This document shows, in pieces, positions 12,470 through 25,235 of a stretch of DNA of 64,000 nt. Source of the stretch: Octopus sinensis. Lineage: Eukaryota. The position numbers were made by a program, and so were the translations under genes. The stretch is from the NCBI RefSeq assembly GCF_006345805.1, contig NC_043011.1, positions 23,944,464 to 24,008,463 on the forward strand, read 5' to 3'. The notes under the pieces were generated by a model. That model was not told where the DNA came from and made no database searches. It saw only the letters and a list, made by a program, of their open reading frames with translations. Position 1 is the first letter of the stretch; every line of letters begins with the position of its first letter.

Positions 12470-13580
12470 AAAATTTCATCATATGCACAGCGTTGTTCTT
12501 TAAGAAGTTTAGGTTCATTCACAAATGCAGCCAAGTCTGTGATGACATAATTTGTCTCTCTTGCTATGTCTCATGAAGTTAAATCACTAATTTTATGGTT
12601 TGTTTTTGCCATGTTTTGCCCCTGATGGCCAAAACGTTATCCTCAATTTCTATCAGTGCTTGGTTAAAAATTGTTTCAGAGAAGTGTATATTGATATCTG
12701 GGTTTGCCTGTTGAACTGCATGCTTTAAGTCTTCAGCCATGTCCTCACGATATTTCACCCAAAGCTAAAGGAGACTGCCAAGTTGACACAAGTTCAGTAT
12801 AATTGCAAAAAGGTTACGGATTTTCCTTAGAGAATCTGATACTGATGCTTCGGTCAATACAAGGTCCCAAAGCTCATCATTATCTAAACAAAAAAAACCC
12901 TTCTTGATAGCTTGCTTCCCTATAAGTTTCACACACATGATCATTTACCCTTCTCGAATTTTGGAATGATTTAGGACCACGTACTTCATGCAAAAGGAGC
13001 CGTAAGTAATAGCATTCTGCTTGGCTTGGGTGGACACTGTAAACTCTTGCAAGAGCGTCAGCCCCACGTTTCCTCTTGTGCCATTTATCGTTTCTCCAGG
13101 TAATTGTGGGTAAAGGAGTTTTCTTGCATCTTTATGTTCTTGCCACAACTTAAAAAAGGCACTAAGGGTAGTTTCTTTTGGAGAACGTGCTGTTCTTTGT
13201 TTTGTAAAGATAACCCTGTGGCCATTCCTTAGATGGACACTCAGATGAATGATGGCTGGGTGCCTCTCATGAATGGGAAAATTAAAGATGCACCGAAAAA
13301 CCTCGTTGGTACTGATGATGTATCTTCCTCTGTCATACTGTGATCTTCGTCATTTTTATTTGTCTGCTGACTGCCATTCTGCATAAGAGTGTATGTTGCA
13401 GCATCTAAACCTTTGTTTATACATTTGTAAACACACTTAAGAGTTAATAGAGTTGCGAAATTCAACAGAGAGGGAGAACATTGTCCTCGGAAACTTTTTC
13501 GAAAATTAAAATGGGGATTACATGAAAAAATGAGTTACGTGAACATCTTCACAAGAGTGATTGAAATAAATGGTGATTGT
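12470..13580 (-). pseudogene. Helitron Rep/helicase linker coding fragment
   Basis: KCVYKCINKGLD (cf. KYLYKYxxKGxD), DARKLLYPQLP, CLDNDELW..VLTEA..RNLFAIIL, LLKEQRCAYDEI; multiple frameshifts. Confidence 0.8.
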
Positions 13581-13761
13581 GGAACGCCTCACCCCCCGCA
13601 CACACACATACATACAGTATCAAACATCAGATGAAATGGACGTGTGAGAGAGAGAGAGAGAGAGAGAGAGAAAGGGAGAGAAGGGGTGTGTTGTCATGTA
13701 TACGTACATACATAAATAAATATGCATACGTCTTTTTTGTATGTATATGTGCGTGAGTGTA

Positions 13762-13798
<37 letters not shown>

Positions 13799-14074
13799 TA
13801 AACCTTTGACTGACTGATTCTCTCTCTCTCTCTCTATCACACACAAATACGATAACTTTAACACGAAATACTTTCTAAAATACGAAATTTTGCCAAAAAT
13901 GTTGAAAGTAAACCGTGTTCAGCTTGAGAAATTACACCAGTATACGATGTTTCAAGCTGTTCAGTTAACAATAATTAAAAAAATATGTGATCGAAACTGA
14001 ACAGACCCTTTAGTAGCTTCAAATATGGCTATCTATATAAGTAATTGTTTTTGGTTGCTGTTGATAAGGCAGAC

Positions 14075-14174
14075 NNNNNNNNNNNNNNNNNNNNNNNNNN
14101 NNNNNNNNNNNNNNNNNNNNNNNNNNNNNNNNNNNNNNNNNNNNNNNNNNNNNNNNNNNNNNNNNNNNNNNNNN
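14075..14174. other. Assembly gap (100 N)
   Basis: Run of exactly 100 N; true distance unknown. Confidence 1.
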
Positions 14175-14434
14175 TTATCGCGCCCGATATAAGTCAACGG
14201 AAGAAAAGAAGGTGAAGATCTCTCTAACTTGCAGCGTTATCTTTCAGTGTGTGGTGCAAGATGAGCTCTAAATATAGCAGAGAAATAACTACGTTTGTAG
14301 CCAAAGCAGTAAAAATTGTTTCTTTTTTAGAAATGTAATTGATTGGAAAAGACTGGAATAGCCCAGAATAAATATTTACGAAGTGCTGGTAACATGGAGA
14401 CAAACTGAGTAGAAACGAAAATACTATCTTTTAT

Positions 14435-14610
14435 TTTGTTTTTACTTGTTTCGCTCTTTGGACTGCGGCCATGCTGGGGCACCACTTTGAAGGATTTAGT
14501 CGAACAAATTGACCCCGGTTTTTTTTAAAGCTTGGAATATATTTTATCATTCTCTTTTGTCGAACTGCTAAGTTGTGAGAACGTTAACAAACCATGACAT
14601 AGACATAAAC
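14435..14610 (-). mobile_element. SINE family A, 3' part
   Basis: ttttacttgtttc...gactgcggccatgctgg...gaactgctaag homology. Confidence 0.7.
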
Positions 14611-15235
14611 ACACTTGTATATATATATATATGTAGTGACTTCATTTAGGAAAAGAGTAGATTCGAACCTGAATCTGATAATTTCCTTTAACATTTCAAC
14701 ATCACTTTTCTCACAGAAAAGCAAGAGTGACAGCAGTTACAATGAAAACATGGCTTCGCTAAACCGATTTATGTCTTTGCCACTTGACCCTTCTAACCTT
14801 TTGTATGCGGTGGAAAGTTGAATTGAGATAACAATCGACCTCCAAAGAACATCTTTTGTTCGCTGCAATATACCTATTTTTCTAGCTAGTTTTGTATAGT
14901 TATAAATACAAGAACTCCGTAAGCCAAAGTCAGTGAGAACCCACTAATAAGAGAGTAGGCAGACCGGCTGAACGAAACACCTTCAACGGAATGAAAAGGC
15001 ACAGAGGGAAAACTATGGTAACTCACCAAACGAAGCTCACTCACTCACTCTCTCACACTCACTCTCACTCACTCACTCTCCCTCACTCACTCTCACTTGC
15101 TCATTTCTCTTCTCTGCAGCGTCACCCTTTCTCTATTTTTTTACTGCTACAATGAGAACGTGTACACACTTACATAAGAAGAAATTAACTATCTTAACCT
15201 GGCACGCTTTACGAATTATATTATACCAGCCCGTC

Positions 15236-15383
15236 TAGAAACAATTACTGCCTTCTAATACTACATGTTACATTTCGTCGTTACATACATTCATACATAC
15301 ATACATACATACATACATACATACATACATACATACATACATACATACATACATACACATATATATATGCATATATATATATA

Positions 15384-15423
<40 letters not shown>

Positions 15424-15483
15424 AATGTAGGTATGTAACGATGAAATGTAACATGTAGTATAAGAAGGCAGTAATTGTTTCTA
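15236..15483. repeat. Inverted repeat (~55-bp arms) enclosing a (CATA)n/(TA)n microsatellite
   Basis: TAGAAACAATTACTGCCTTCT..TACTACATGTTACATTTC.TCGTTACATAC matches the reverse complement of 15428-15483. Confidence 0.85.
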
Positions 15484-15773
15484 TATATATTATATATATG
15501 TATATATATATATAACATATATATATATATATATATATAATATATATAGCGTCGTATTTTTACGTTCGCTATTTCCAGTAAAATCGGTACTTTGTTGTGC
15601 CATTTATTTACTAATTTGTGTATTTTTTCCTCACGGCTACTTTTTACTGGAAGGCAATACTTTGTATTGCATTACTGATATTTTGAAACTTCTTCACCGT
15701 TTCTCGTACTGTTAGCGTTCCGTATTTCAGTCGAGTGTGTTAGTATTTATGTGGTAACATCGTAGTTTCGTCT

Positions 15774-15862
15774 TGGTATATGTTTGGCTGAAGAAGGTAA
15801 AGCAAATATGGGTGAGAGACATATCTTGCAAAACCTGAAACCTGCAGGTACCACATTATCCA
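15774..15862 (+). ncRNA. Type I hammerhead ribozyme (intact), predicted cleavage after GUA at 15850
   Basis: TTGG-CTGAAGA-AGGT..GCAA.ATATG[GGTGAGAGA]CATAT.TTGC..ACCT-GAAAC-CTGCAG-GTA-CCAC: exact core, extended stem II, perfectly palindromic stem III ACCTGCAGGT, bulged stem I. Confidence 0.85.
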
Positions 15863-16200
15863 TTTTCCGGGTGTTTCATCTTTCAGATGTTCTCCCTGGA
15901 GGTAAGACGGTTTTTTTTCTCTACTTTGTTGCACACACGCATTTTACTAATACATACGCGGTGAAGCTACACTTTAGCGTCGTATTTTTACGTTCGCTAT
16001 TTCCAGTAAATATCGGTACTTTGTTGTGCATTTTTTACTAATTTGTGTATTTTCCCTCACGGGCTACTTTTTACTGGAAGGCAATACTTTGTATTGCATT
16101 ACTGATATTTTGAAACTTCTTCACCGTTTCTCGTACTGTTAGCGTTCCGTATTTCAGTCGAGTGTGTTAGTATTTATGTGGTAACATCGTAGTTTCGTCT

Positions 16201-16287
16201 TGGTATATGTTTGGCTGAAGAAGGTAAAGCAATATGGGTGAGAGACATATCTTGCAAAACCTGAACCTGCAGGTACCACATTATCCA
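16201..16287 (+). ncRNA. Type I hammerhead ribozyme, second copy (GAAC instead of GAAAC), predicted cleavage after 16275
   Basis: Same as 15774-15862 apart from single-A deletions in homopolymers, one of them in the GAAA core (consensus error or real inactivation). Confidence 0.7.
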
Positions 16288-16644
16288 TTTTCCGGGTGTT
16301 TCATCTTTCAGATGTTCTCCCTGGAGGTAAGACGGTTTTTTTTCTCTACTTTGTTGCACACACGCATTTTACTAATACATACGCGGTGAAGCTACACTTT
16401 AGCGTCGTATTTTTACGTTCGCTATTTCCAGTAAATATCGGTACTTTGTTGTGCCATTTATTTACTAATTTGTATATAACATATATATATATAACATATA
16501 TATATAAATATATATATATATAACATATATATATATGCCTATATATATGCATGTATGTATGTGTATATATATATAACCACTAGGCCACGCGCCTTCACAC
16601 ACACAATATATATATAATATATATATATACCAATATATATATAT

Positions 16645-16724
<80 letters not shown>

Positions 16725-16725
<1 letters not shown>

Positions 16726-17166
16726 CTTATTATAAAAGGCAGATTTTATCTGCCTCCCTTTGGAGTTATACAATATAGGATTTCTTCAATTACAATTTAC
16801 CTACCAGTTTTAAGAGTACAATGCATCGCGTCATGCCAGGTCCAGTTTTTAAAATTTAAACTCCAATTAAGCAAAATTTACAGAAACTCACATTCTGGTG
16901 TGTGTGTCAAATGCTTTTCTTAGTCTGGTTTACACCACACGCAAACGCACACACACAGTGGGCAACGAATAAAATGAAAGTAAATGTAATATTTGTTTCT
17001 GTCTATCACGCTGATAGATACATGAGTAAAATGTATGGGAAGCTAACAGATAACAGTGAGTGAAAATGTTCTTGGAAGAGAGTAAATTAGCGACAGAGTG
17101 ATTGAGGAAGACTAAACTGAAAGTATGAAACAGTGTTTATGTATAAACAGACGACACTTATATAAA
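16725..17166 (+). mobile_element. Helitron-like family HelB 5' part (second copy 17891-~18135)
   Basis: A|TC start TCTTATTATAAAAGGCAGATTTTATCTGCC; about 240 bp shared with 17891-18135; no own 3' end seen. Confidence 0.55.
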
Positions 17167-18859
17167 CCCTTTCGTTACCAAACGCGCCGAATTTACCTAT
17201 TCATATTTAAATGAGAATATCAGAGTAAATCTCTTTAGTACATTCGTGAAAACACGTATTATACTTCGTAAACACTTCAAATACAGTTTTTGTACAAAAA
17301 TCGAAGTGTAATTTTAATTCCGTGAATTATGGGAGATTTTTTTCCGAAATTTGTTCCTATTGTGTTGTTTTCAAAATTTGTAATTCTGACAAAAAAATGA
17401 TACGAATTTCATTATATCAAGCAGCGAGTCAGAATTCGAAGGATTTTCTACTGAAGACCTTCATAAATCTAACTCTATGACTGAAAAAAAAAAGCATCTT
17501 TATATAAGAGTGAAGTTGTGTGTCTGTCCCCTTCGATTTACATTCGTAATTACTCCCATTTTGCGGTGCAGTTTAACCAAAAGCGGGTATCTTATAGTCG
17601 TGATTCATATCGAGCCCTTCTGGGTATTAGCGCGCGTCTACGATTGTCTACGATTTAAAAAAAATTTACCATCATATTTTTCCATTTTAATGCATTTTTT
17701 TTTCGCTTTTATATAAGGAAAGTAACTCTCTAAAAATATCTACGATGTGTCAACGATTTTTTAAAAATTTACCTTAATTTTTTTTCAATTTTTAATGCAT
17801 TTTTGTTGCTATTTTTTGGCTATAACTCTCTAAAAATGCTTATATAGTTATTTCCCTTACAACCCGAGCAACGCCGGGCGATACTGCTAGTCTTATTATA
17901 AAAGGCAGATTTTATCTGCCTCCCTTTGTATCTTATAGAAATCTACAATATAGGATTTCTTCAATTACAATTTACCTAGCATTTTTAAGAGTAGAATGCA
18001 TCGGGTCATGCCAGGTCCACTTTTTAAAATTTCAACCCCAATTAAGCAAAATTTAGAGAAAACTCACATTCTGGTGTATATGTCAAATGTTTTTCTTAGT
18101 GTGGCTTACACCACACGCAAACGCACACACACACAAAGGGAGCGAATTGTTTCACTGACGCTATCACCCTTCTCCTCCTTTGTCTTTGCAAGTTTGCAGC
18201 TATTAAAGTGAAAACAGTGAATCCGACAGCGATTAAGAAAATGAATTGGTACCTGAATGGAGTGAAAATTTAAAAACTGTTTCTTTTCGGTGATTTTTTC
18301 TGAAGAAACTGCACCAAGCCACAGACTTTCCCAGAAGAGTAAAGCCTTAAATTATTTCTATTTACTTTTTCGAATGAGCCCATAGAAATCTTTACGGCAG
18401 AAGAACCGTTACGCGCTAAACGTAAACAAAGGAAAGAAAGGATAGTTTGTTATTTCCCACAACCTTAATGAAATTAAGACTATTTTGCCATAAATATTAT
18501 TATGGGTATCAGAAAGTTACCCAGAATAACAATTCTATCGTAAAATTTGTTGTATACCCAATTGAAATATTAGCTAATAACCCATTTTCTATAGCGATGT
18601 TTGAACAAAATTTTAATAATTTTATATTTTGTGGAATTTACCTGTATCTACCTGCAATTAGAGTCACTTTGGGACAAAAATGATAGTATAGAATGGTTGA
18701 GGACATTTCATTAAATTATCTTCCAAAATTCACGTTAATATATCGATAAATAAAAAAGTTATAGTTGTTTAATGAAACCAGACTAAATTTTGATTACGTT
18801 AGAAATTAATTGAAACACATAAGGGGTGTATTTTGGTCAGAAATATAGTAACGAAAGGG
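17167..18859 (+). mobile_element. piggyBac-like relic with nested Helitrons
   Basis: Perfect 12-bp TIRs CCCTTTCGTTAC (17167-17178) / GTAACGAAAGGG (18848-18859); TTAA on the right and TAAA on the left; coding remnants SSESEFEGF (~17425) and NYFYLLF..E.IEIF..E.NRYA (~18345-18415). Confidence 0.7.
17497..17890 (+). mobile_element. Non-autonomous Helitron HelA, copy 2
   Basis: A|TC ... CCCGAGCAACGCCGGG ... CTAG|T. Confidence 0.9.
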
Positions 18860-18971
18860 TTAAGAAAAACCAAAAAATATTTTATTCTTTATAAATGTTG
18901 TATTCAAAATAACATTTTCTTTTAAGAATGTGTATATAACAAAGTATGTGTATATAACTACGTAACTTATA

Positions 18972-19364
18972 TCTTATATATAAGAGTGAAGTTGTGTGTC
19001 TGTCTCCTACGATTTAGATTCTAACTACTCCCACATTTTGCGGTGCAGTGTAACCAAAACCGGGTATCTTATAGTCGTGAGTCATATCGAGCCCTTCTGG
19101 GTATTAGCGCGCGTCTACGATGAGTCTACGATTTAAAAAAATTTACCATCATATTTTTCCATTTTAATGCATTTTTTCGCTATTATATAAGGGAAGTAAC
19201 TCTCTAAAAATATCTACGATGTGTCAACGATTTAAAAAGAAATTTACCTTAATTTTTTTTCCATTTTTAATGCATTTTTTCCCTATTTTTTGGCTATAAC
19301 TCTCTAAAAATGCTTATATAGTTATTTCCCTTACAAACCCGAGCAACGCCGGGCGATACTGCTA

Positions 19365-19365
<1 letters not shown>
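18972..19365 (+). mobile_element. Non-autonomous Helitron HelA, copy 3
   Basis: A|TC ... CCCGAGCAACGCCGGG ... CTAG|T. Confidence 0.9.
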
Positions 19366-19396
<31 letters not shown>

Positions 19397-19465
19397 GTGT
19401 GTGTGTGTATATGCATATGTGTATGTGTGTGTGTTTATACTTATATATGTTGTATTTTGGGATAC

Positions 19466-20511
<1,046 letters not shown>

Positions 20512-20659
20512 TGGAGTGGTCATTTTTTAGAGGCCAAATACACAGAGACACACTATTTATTCATTCTTCAGTTATTTATTATTGTTCTTATTTTATCTTA
20601 TGTCCATTGTCTAGAGATTTTTTTCCCTCACACATCTGCGACCTCTTCAGCGACCTCTC

Positions 20660-20799
20660 CCATCCAAGTGTCTCATCCTGCTCCACTTAGTCCGCTGGCA
20701 AACAAAATATGGAAGAGTTCGGAGACACAAAGGTTGCACTGCCTTCTGCCCCTATCAAATGGGAGGGCCACCGACAAAATTGACCATGGTCAATTTTGT
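20660..20799 (-). pseudogene. PLE GIY-YIG C-terminal fragment of the 52-kb PLE family, ending in a 26-bp palindrome
   Basis: Minus frame WSILSVALPFDRGRRQCNLCVSELFHILFA vs WSILSVSFPFDKGKKFCGICNSELFHILFA at 52341-52432. Confidence 0.75.
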
Positions 20800-21599
20800 A
20801 AACGGATGGTAAACGGGCTTTTACAGTCGGCTTTTCGATGTCCCCATTGGCGGCGTTACACTTATCTGGCTTTTAAATAGCGTTTATAATAATACCGGCA
20901 CCCATAGCCCTTGGTAACTAATTCTGAAATAGCCTTTAAGATCTACGATTAACCACTGCAAGGGGAATTACTCCTGTAAGATAAACGGGGCTTGGTTTTT
21001 TCACAACGGGGGGTTTCCTTGACAAGGTTAGGCTAGATGAACACCACAACACATAAAAACATAATATATATATATATTTTTTTTTTCTGCCACCCACGGT
21101 TCTCACTGCAGTAGCCACTGACAGCCGAACGATCAAACGCACACACGTACACAAAAAATTTTTCTACCCCTACGCCAGCACACACATATTTAGAACAGTA
21201 GACACACACACGTCTCTAAGTAGATTTTTTCTCGCCCCTTATAAACATCCAATATTCCTTAAATAGTCAGAACTTTATTCTCGGTCACAAAGAACATCTA
21301 CACACCCTCACCCATGATTGACCGATGCCCGACCCGTTAAATTCTTCAGCCACCGGTTCTCACATACACTGATAAACAGTTTCGCCATGGGCTCTTAGGA
21401 GCCTAGTTCGATTTGTTTTTGCTCCGCCTCTGTTCTGTTTTTGTTTTTTCCAACGGATTTCCTATTTTCTTCCTGAAGAGAAAGACACAATATGGTCCCA
21501 TTATTCAATCGGATTTTGGTAAATTGTGCCTTTCGAAACACGTGTAGAATGAAATAAAACGATTTCTGTTCAATCTGCGTTCAGCTCCATTTCTTCAAT

Positions 21600-21876
21600 T
21601 CACCAATAATATTTCTTCAATTCACAATGCACTTCGCATTGTTTTACCCTTAAATGACGCCACCCCATTGGCTAAGCGAGCGGGCCAACGGAAGAAAGAG
21701 TAAGAGAAACTTGTAGCGAAAGAGTACAACAAGGATCGCCCCCCCCCCTGCCGGAGCCTCGTGGAACTTTAGGTGTTTTCGCTCAAAAAACACTCACAAT
21801 GCCCAGTCTGGTAATCGAAACCGCGATCCTACAACCGCGAGTCCGCAGCCCTAACCACTGGGCCATTGCGCCTCTA
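21600..21876 (-). mobile_element. tRNA-derived SINE family B
   Basis: Head GGCGCAATGGCCCAGTGGTTAGGG...GGTTTCGATTACC; homologous to 44547-44845. Confidence 0.85.
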
Positions 21877-21877
21877 C

Positions 21878-21923
<46 letters not shown>

Positions 21924-23685
21924 TATATATATATATATATAAAAATGAAACAAAAACGCAATAGAGGGCATTAAAACGTTCAGACAGATAGACGACACAT
22001 AGGCAAACAAGAGAAACACCAATTAGATGGACAGGTAAAAAAGACGGGTAATTCTTGGCTTTCTTTCTTCAGTCAAGTACCAGAAGTCACGACCATTTCG
22101 TATAGTTACACTTGAGATTGTTTGATTTGGTTGTCCCCCAAAAATTCTAAGCTAAGAGCATTAGACCTCTTTGCCAGGTCTAATGTGTACAGCAACAAAG
22201 ACAAACAAACATACAAAAAAAAAACGGAGAACATGGTACAGAATTACGAATACAAACATCAAGAAATATCAACAGGCGTCTTTCGACTGAGAACGATTCA
22301 AACTGAGCTGGCGTGAATAAATAAGTAGAAGTAAAATATGGAGTGAAAGCCTAAGGCAGGAACATGGGAGATGGACACTGGCAGGCTTCTTTCAGCTCCC
22401 GTTTACCAAATCCACATACGAGGTTTTGTTCGGCCGGTGCTATAATAACAGATATCTGTCCAAGGTGCCACGCAGCGGAATGGAACCCAAGATTACAGGC
22501 TAAGCTCGCTTCCCAGTCTGTAGTTTCACAGACATGCTAGCGACTACTTAATATAAATTGAAAGATTATTTAGCGAATGTCCCATTTAAAATATCTACAA
22601 GATGTAAACACCATAGAAAAAAATAGCAACAACAAAACAGCTAGAAACACATCTCTGTGATAACTGCTCAGAGAAACCAGCCGCATGAAAAAGATTAAGT
22701 CAGTGTTAACATTTTTGAAGTGGTAAGTAATAAATATCGAAGTAGATACACGTATGCGATGTGGAAAAGACAATAGCAATTTGAAGACTAATATTATTTT
22801 AATCCCCGTAGTTATTAGAGGGAATAACAAAGGACATGTTTCCGTATTATTATTCTTCCTCAGTGTTGCACAAAGTCCAGTGTACTTGCCAAAATAGTAA
22901 TATATATTTCTTTATTACCCACAAGGGGCTACACAGAGAGGGGACAAACAAGGACAGACAAACGGATTAAGTCGATTACATCGACCCCAGTGCGTAACTG
23001 GTACTTAATTTATCGACCCCGAAAGGATGAAAGGCAAAGTCAACCTCGGCGGAATTTGAACTCAGAACGTAACGGCAGACGTGAAACGAACTTAATGTGA
23101 AGTGAAATCCTAGTGCACTTTTGGGGTGCACAAAGCAATCACTCACTAGCCGTTGCTTTAATAATCCAGAATTCTACTAGTCAGAAACAACAGGAGCAGA
23201 CGTAAAATATACATATAACTACTTTATTCTCTTTCTTGTAAACAATAACAATAAGTGTGTTATCTGATGTCCTAGGTTCGGGCGCGCACCGCTATAAGTT
23301 AATAGATTGTAATATTTACAATGTCCAGCCCAAAAACAGAAAGGGGTCAAAATGGCGTCGAACAGGGAAGTGAAATGTGGTCGGCAACAATTTGGTTAAA
23401 GGTATTTCGGCCGACTGCTGCTAGAATCAAGCCCTGACGGAGAGAGAATATACGCGTGACCGTCGCCTTCAATCGCTGGTTCCCAAGTCACCGAGGACTG
23501 GACGCTGGTAGTCAACGTCTTACGACCCCCTTGCCTCGCTAACTGCTACGTAGGCAATAGGGTCGTGCTACCGTGGTTCGCGCATGCGCGAGAGGGCCTT
23601 CCTTTCTGTGCCTTGGTAAAGGCACCAACACGCGCAAAATACAAATGGGCGGTGCGCGAGCGCGCGCCGTTGTCGGATCACTACA

Positions 23686-23697
23686 GGCTCCCCTCCA
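23686..23697 (-). promoter_or_regulatory. Polypurine tract
   Basis: Minus strand GGAGGGGAGCC immediately precedes the TGTAG of the 3' LTR. Confidence 0.75.
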
Positions 23698-25214
23698 GTG
23701 CGTACGCACGAAAGGAAACTTATTGTAGTGACTGCAAAACTCAAGGTGGACACCAGATAACAAATAGCACACAATAATATAATGGCAAAATTTATAACAT
23801 ACACAAGAAATTTACTAAAGGAAAAAGAGAAAAAATACTCAATGAGCAAAAATCAAGAGTGCATGCATGAAAGTGTATACGTCCACAAAAGTATAAACCC
23901 TTCCGCTGAAAGGAGCGGAGGGAAAAGCAAAACTCACAGTTAATGTACCTAGGCGAAATTAAAATCCAACTTCTCTAAAGGTAGTTGATCCTGCAAATTA
24001 GCAGTTAAATCAATTGCTGCAGGAGAGGAAATGGAATTGACAGAAGATCGCTAGTAACACAAAAGGCAAAAGTGCAAACATGCTGGTGTGATGCGCGACA
24101 CAGATAATTTTCTGTTAATTTACGTGACCAACAGCGGTCTAACAGGGAAAAATAATTACACCTATAAATCGGCGCAGCGCATTTGAACATCCGACGTCTA
24201 TGAGTCGGGAAAAGAATTAGGCTAACGCAAACGTGTTGCAAAAAACAAGGCAATACACGTGCGAAGCAAAAGGCGCATGAAATGCAATAGTGCTTGCCAG
24301 ACCAAAAAACAGCAAATGAATATGCCAGTGGTTAAGCGATTATATGCTTCGTTTGTATAGGAACAAAAGTATGACATGCTGGCGCGTTATAATGAACAAA
24401 CAACCCTCTCTATGTATACGTGACCGACCTAGGGTCTATAGAAATGAGGGGTGTCCACAAAAGGCAAATTCAGCATGGAAAAAAAAACAAGCGAGAAAAG
24501 CATGTGTGACGTATGTATGTGAGAGAGAGCATTTATGTGTGTGTACGTGTGTGCGACATAAATACATACAAGGTGAATGCGAGCAAAATATAAAAAACAG
24601 CGCATAGAAAAAATGTCTCTCGGGCTATTCCAGACAAGAATTAATTTACCAGTCTGTAATAGCCTGATGTACAAGAGCAGTTCGTTCTGTAACAGAAGTG
24701 TTGAAATCACAAAATGCAGATGCCGGTTGAACACATATCGTGTAGCGGTTGTGGCTTCAATGCTGTGACAGGTTAAACTGACAGAAGAATCTCGTAGATA
24801 GACGGTGCTGTGAATCCTTGGTGTGCATATGCACAAACGGCAAGTGGACCAAACTTCCGCGAGTTGCTATGTACATCTTCGTGGAGGTCGACGGTGTTGA
24901 AAGGCGACGTTGGTGGTGGAAGGCGACTGTAGTGGACTTGGACAACATCGTTCTTAGTGATGATGGCGACGAAGATAACGACGACGTGAAGTAGACAGAC
25001 GACGATGTCGATGACGAAGGTGGAGAAAAGGCATCGAATATATGATGGCGTCCGTCATCATGGCTGTAGAAGAAGAAAGAGGCTCCTTCTACAACTGTTT
25101 GTGGTGGCCGGAAACAAATCGTCGAAAGATGAATGCGTAGAGTTAAATCGTGTTCCGACTTCGCAGAAAAACTGGATTTTTTTTGTTGTTCAGTGATTTC
25201 TGGTTTTAGACCAG

Positions 25215-25235
25215 AATCACGTCGGGAGTCCACCA
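25215..25235 (-). promoter_or_regulatory. Primer-binding site complementary to the tRNA-Trp 3' end
   Basis: Plus strand AATCACGTCGGGAGTCCACCA vs eukaryotic tRNA-Trp 3' end AATCACGTCGGGGTCACCA (two 1-nt insertions), 1 nt from the LTR. Confidence 0.8.

Larger units (their letters stand above)
15548..16473 (+). mobile_element. Tandem array of a ~425-bp unit (2.2 copies), each full unit with a type I hammerhead: candidate metazoan retrozyme
   Basis: Units start at 15548, 15976 and 16401 (AGCGTCGTATTTTTACG); copies differ mostly by 1-bp indels; both flanks are (TA)n; no meaningful ORF. Confidence 0.75.

Noticed and set aside
15870-15910. Splice-like signals (TTTCAG / GAG-GTAAG) and the 85-aa ORF in the 425-bp unit
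   Set aside because: The ORF is broken between copies and has no homology I recognise; the signals overlap RNA helices and are better explained by the structured-RNA model.
15548-16473. Tandem array as a pure assembly artefact
   Set aside because: Not fully excluded, since copies differ mainly by 1-bp indels. However, the clean (TA)n flanks, partial third unit, per-unit ribozyme and nested fold fit a biological origin; raw reads are needed.
21370-21405. Hammerhead-like GCC-CAT-GGC-GAAAC on the minus strand (related motif near 50800)
   Set aside because: The core reads CCTAAGA and stem I does not pair; at most an ancient remnant.
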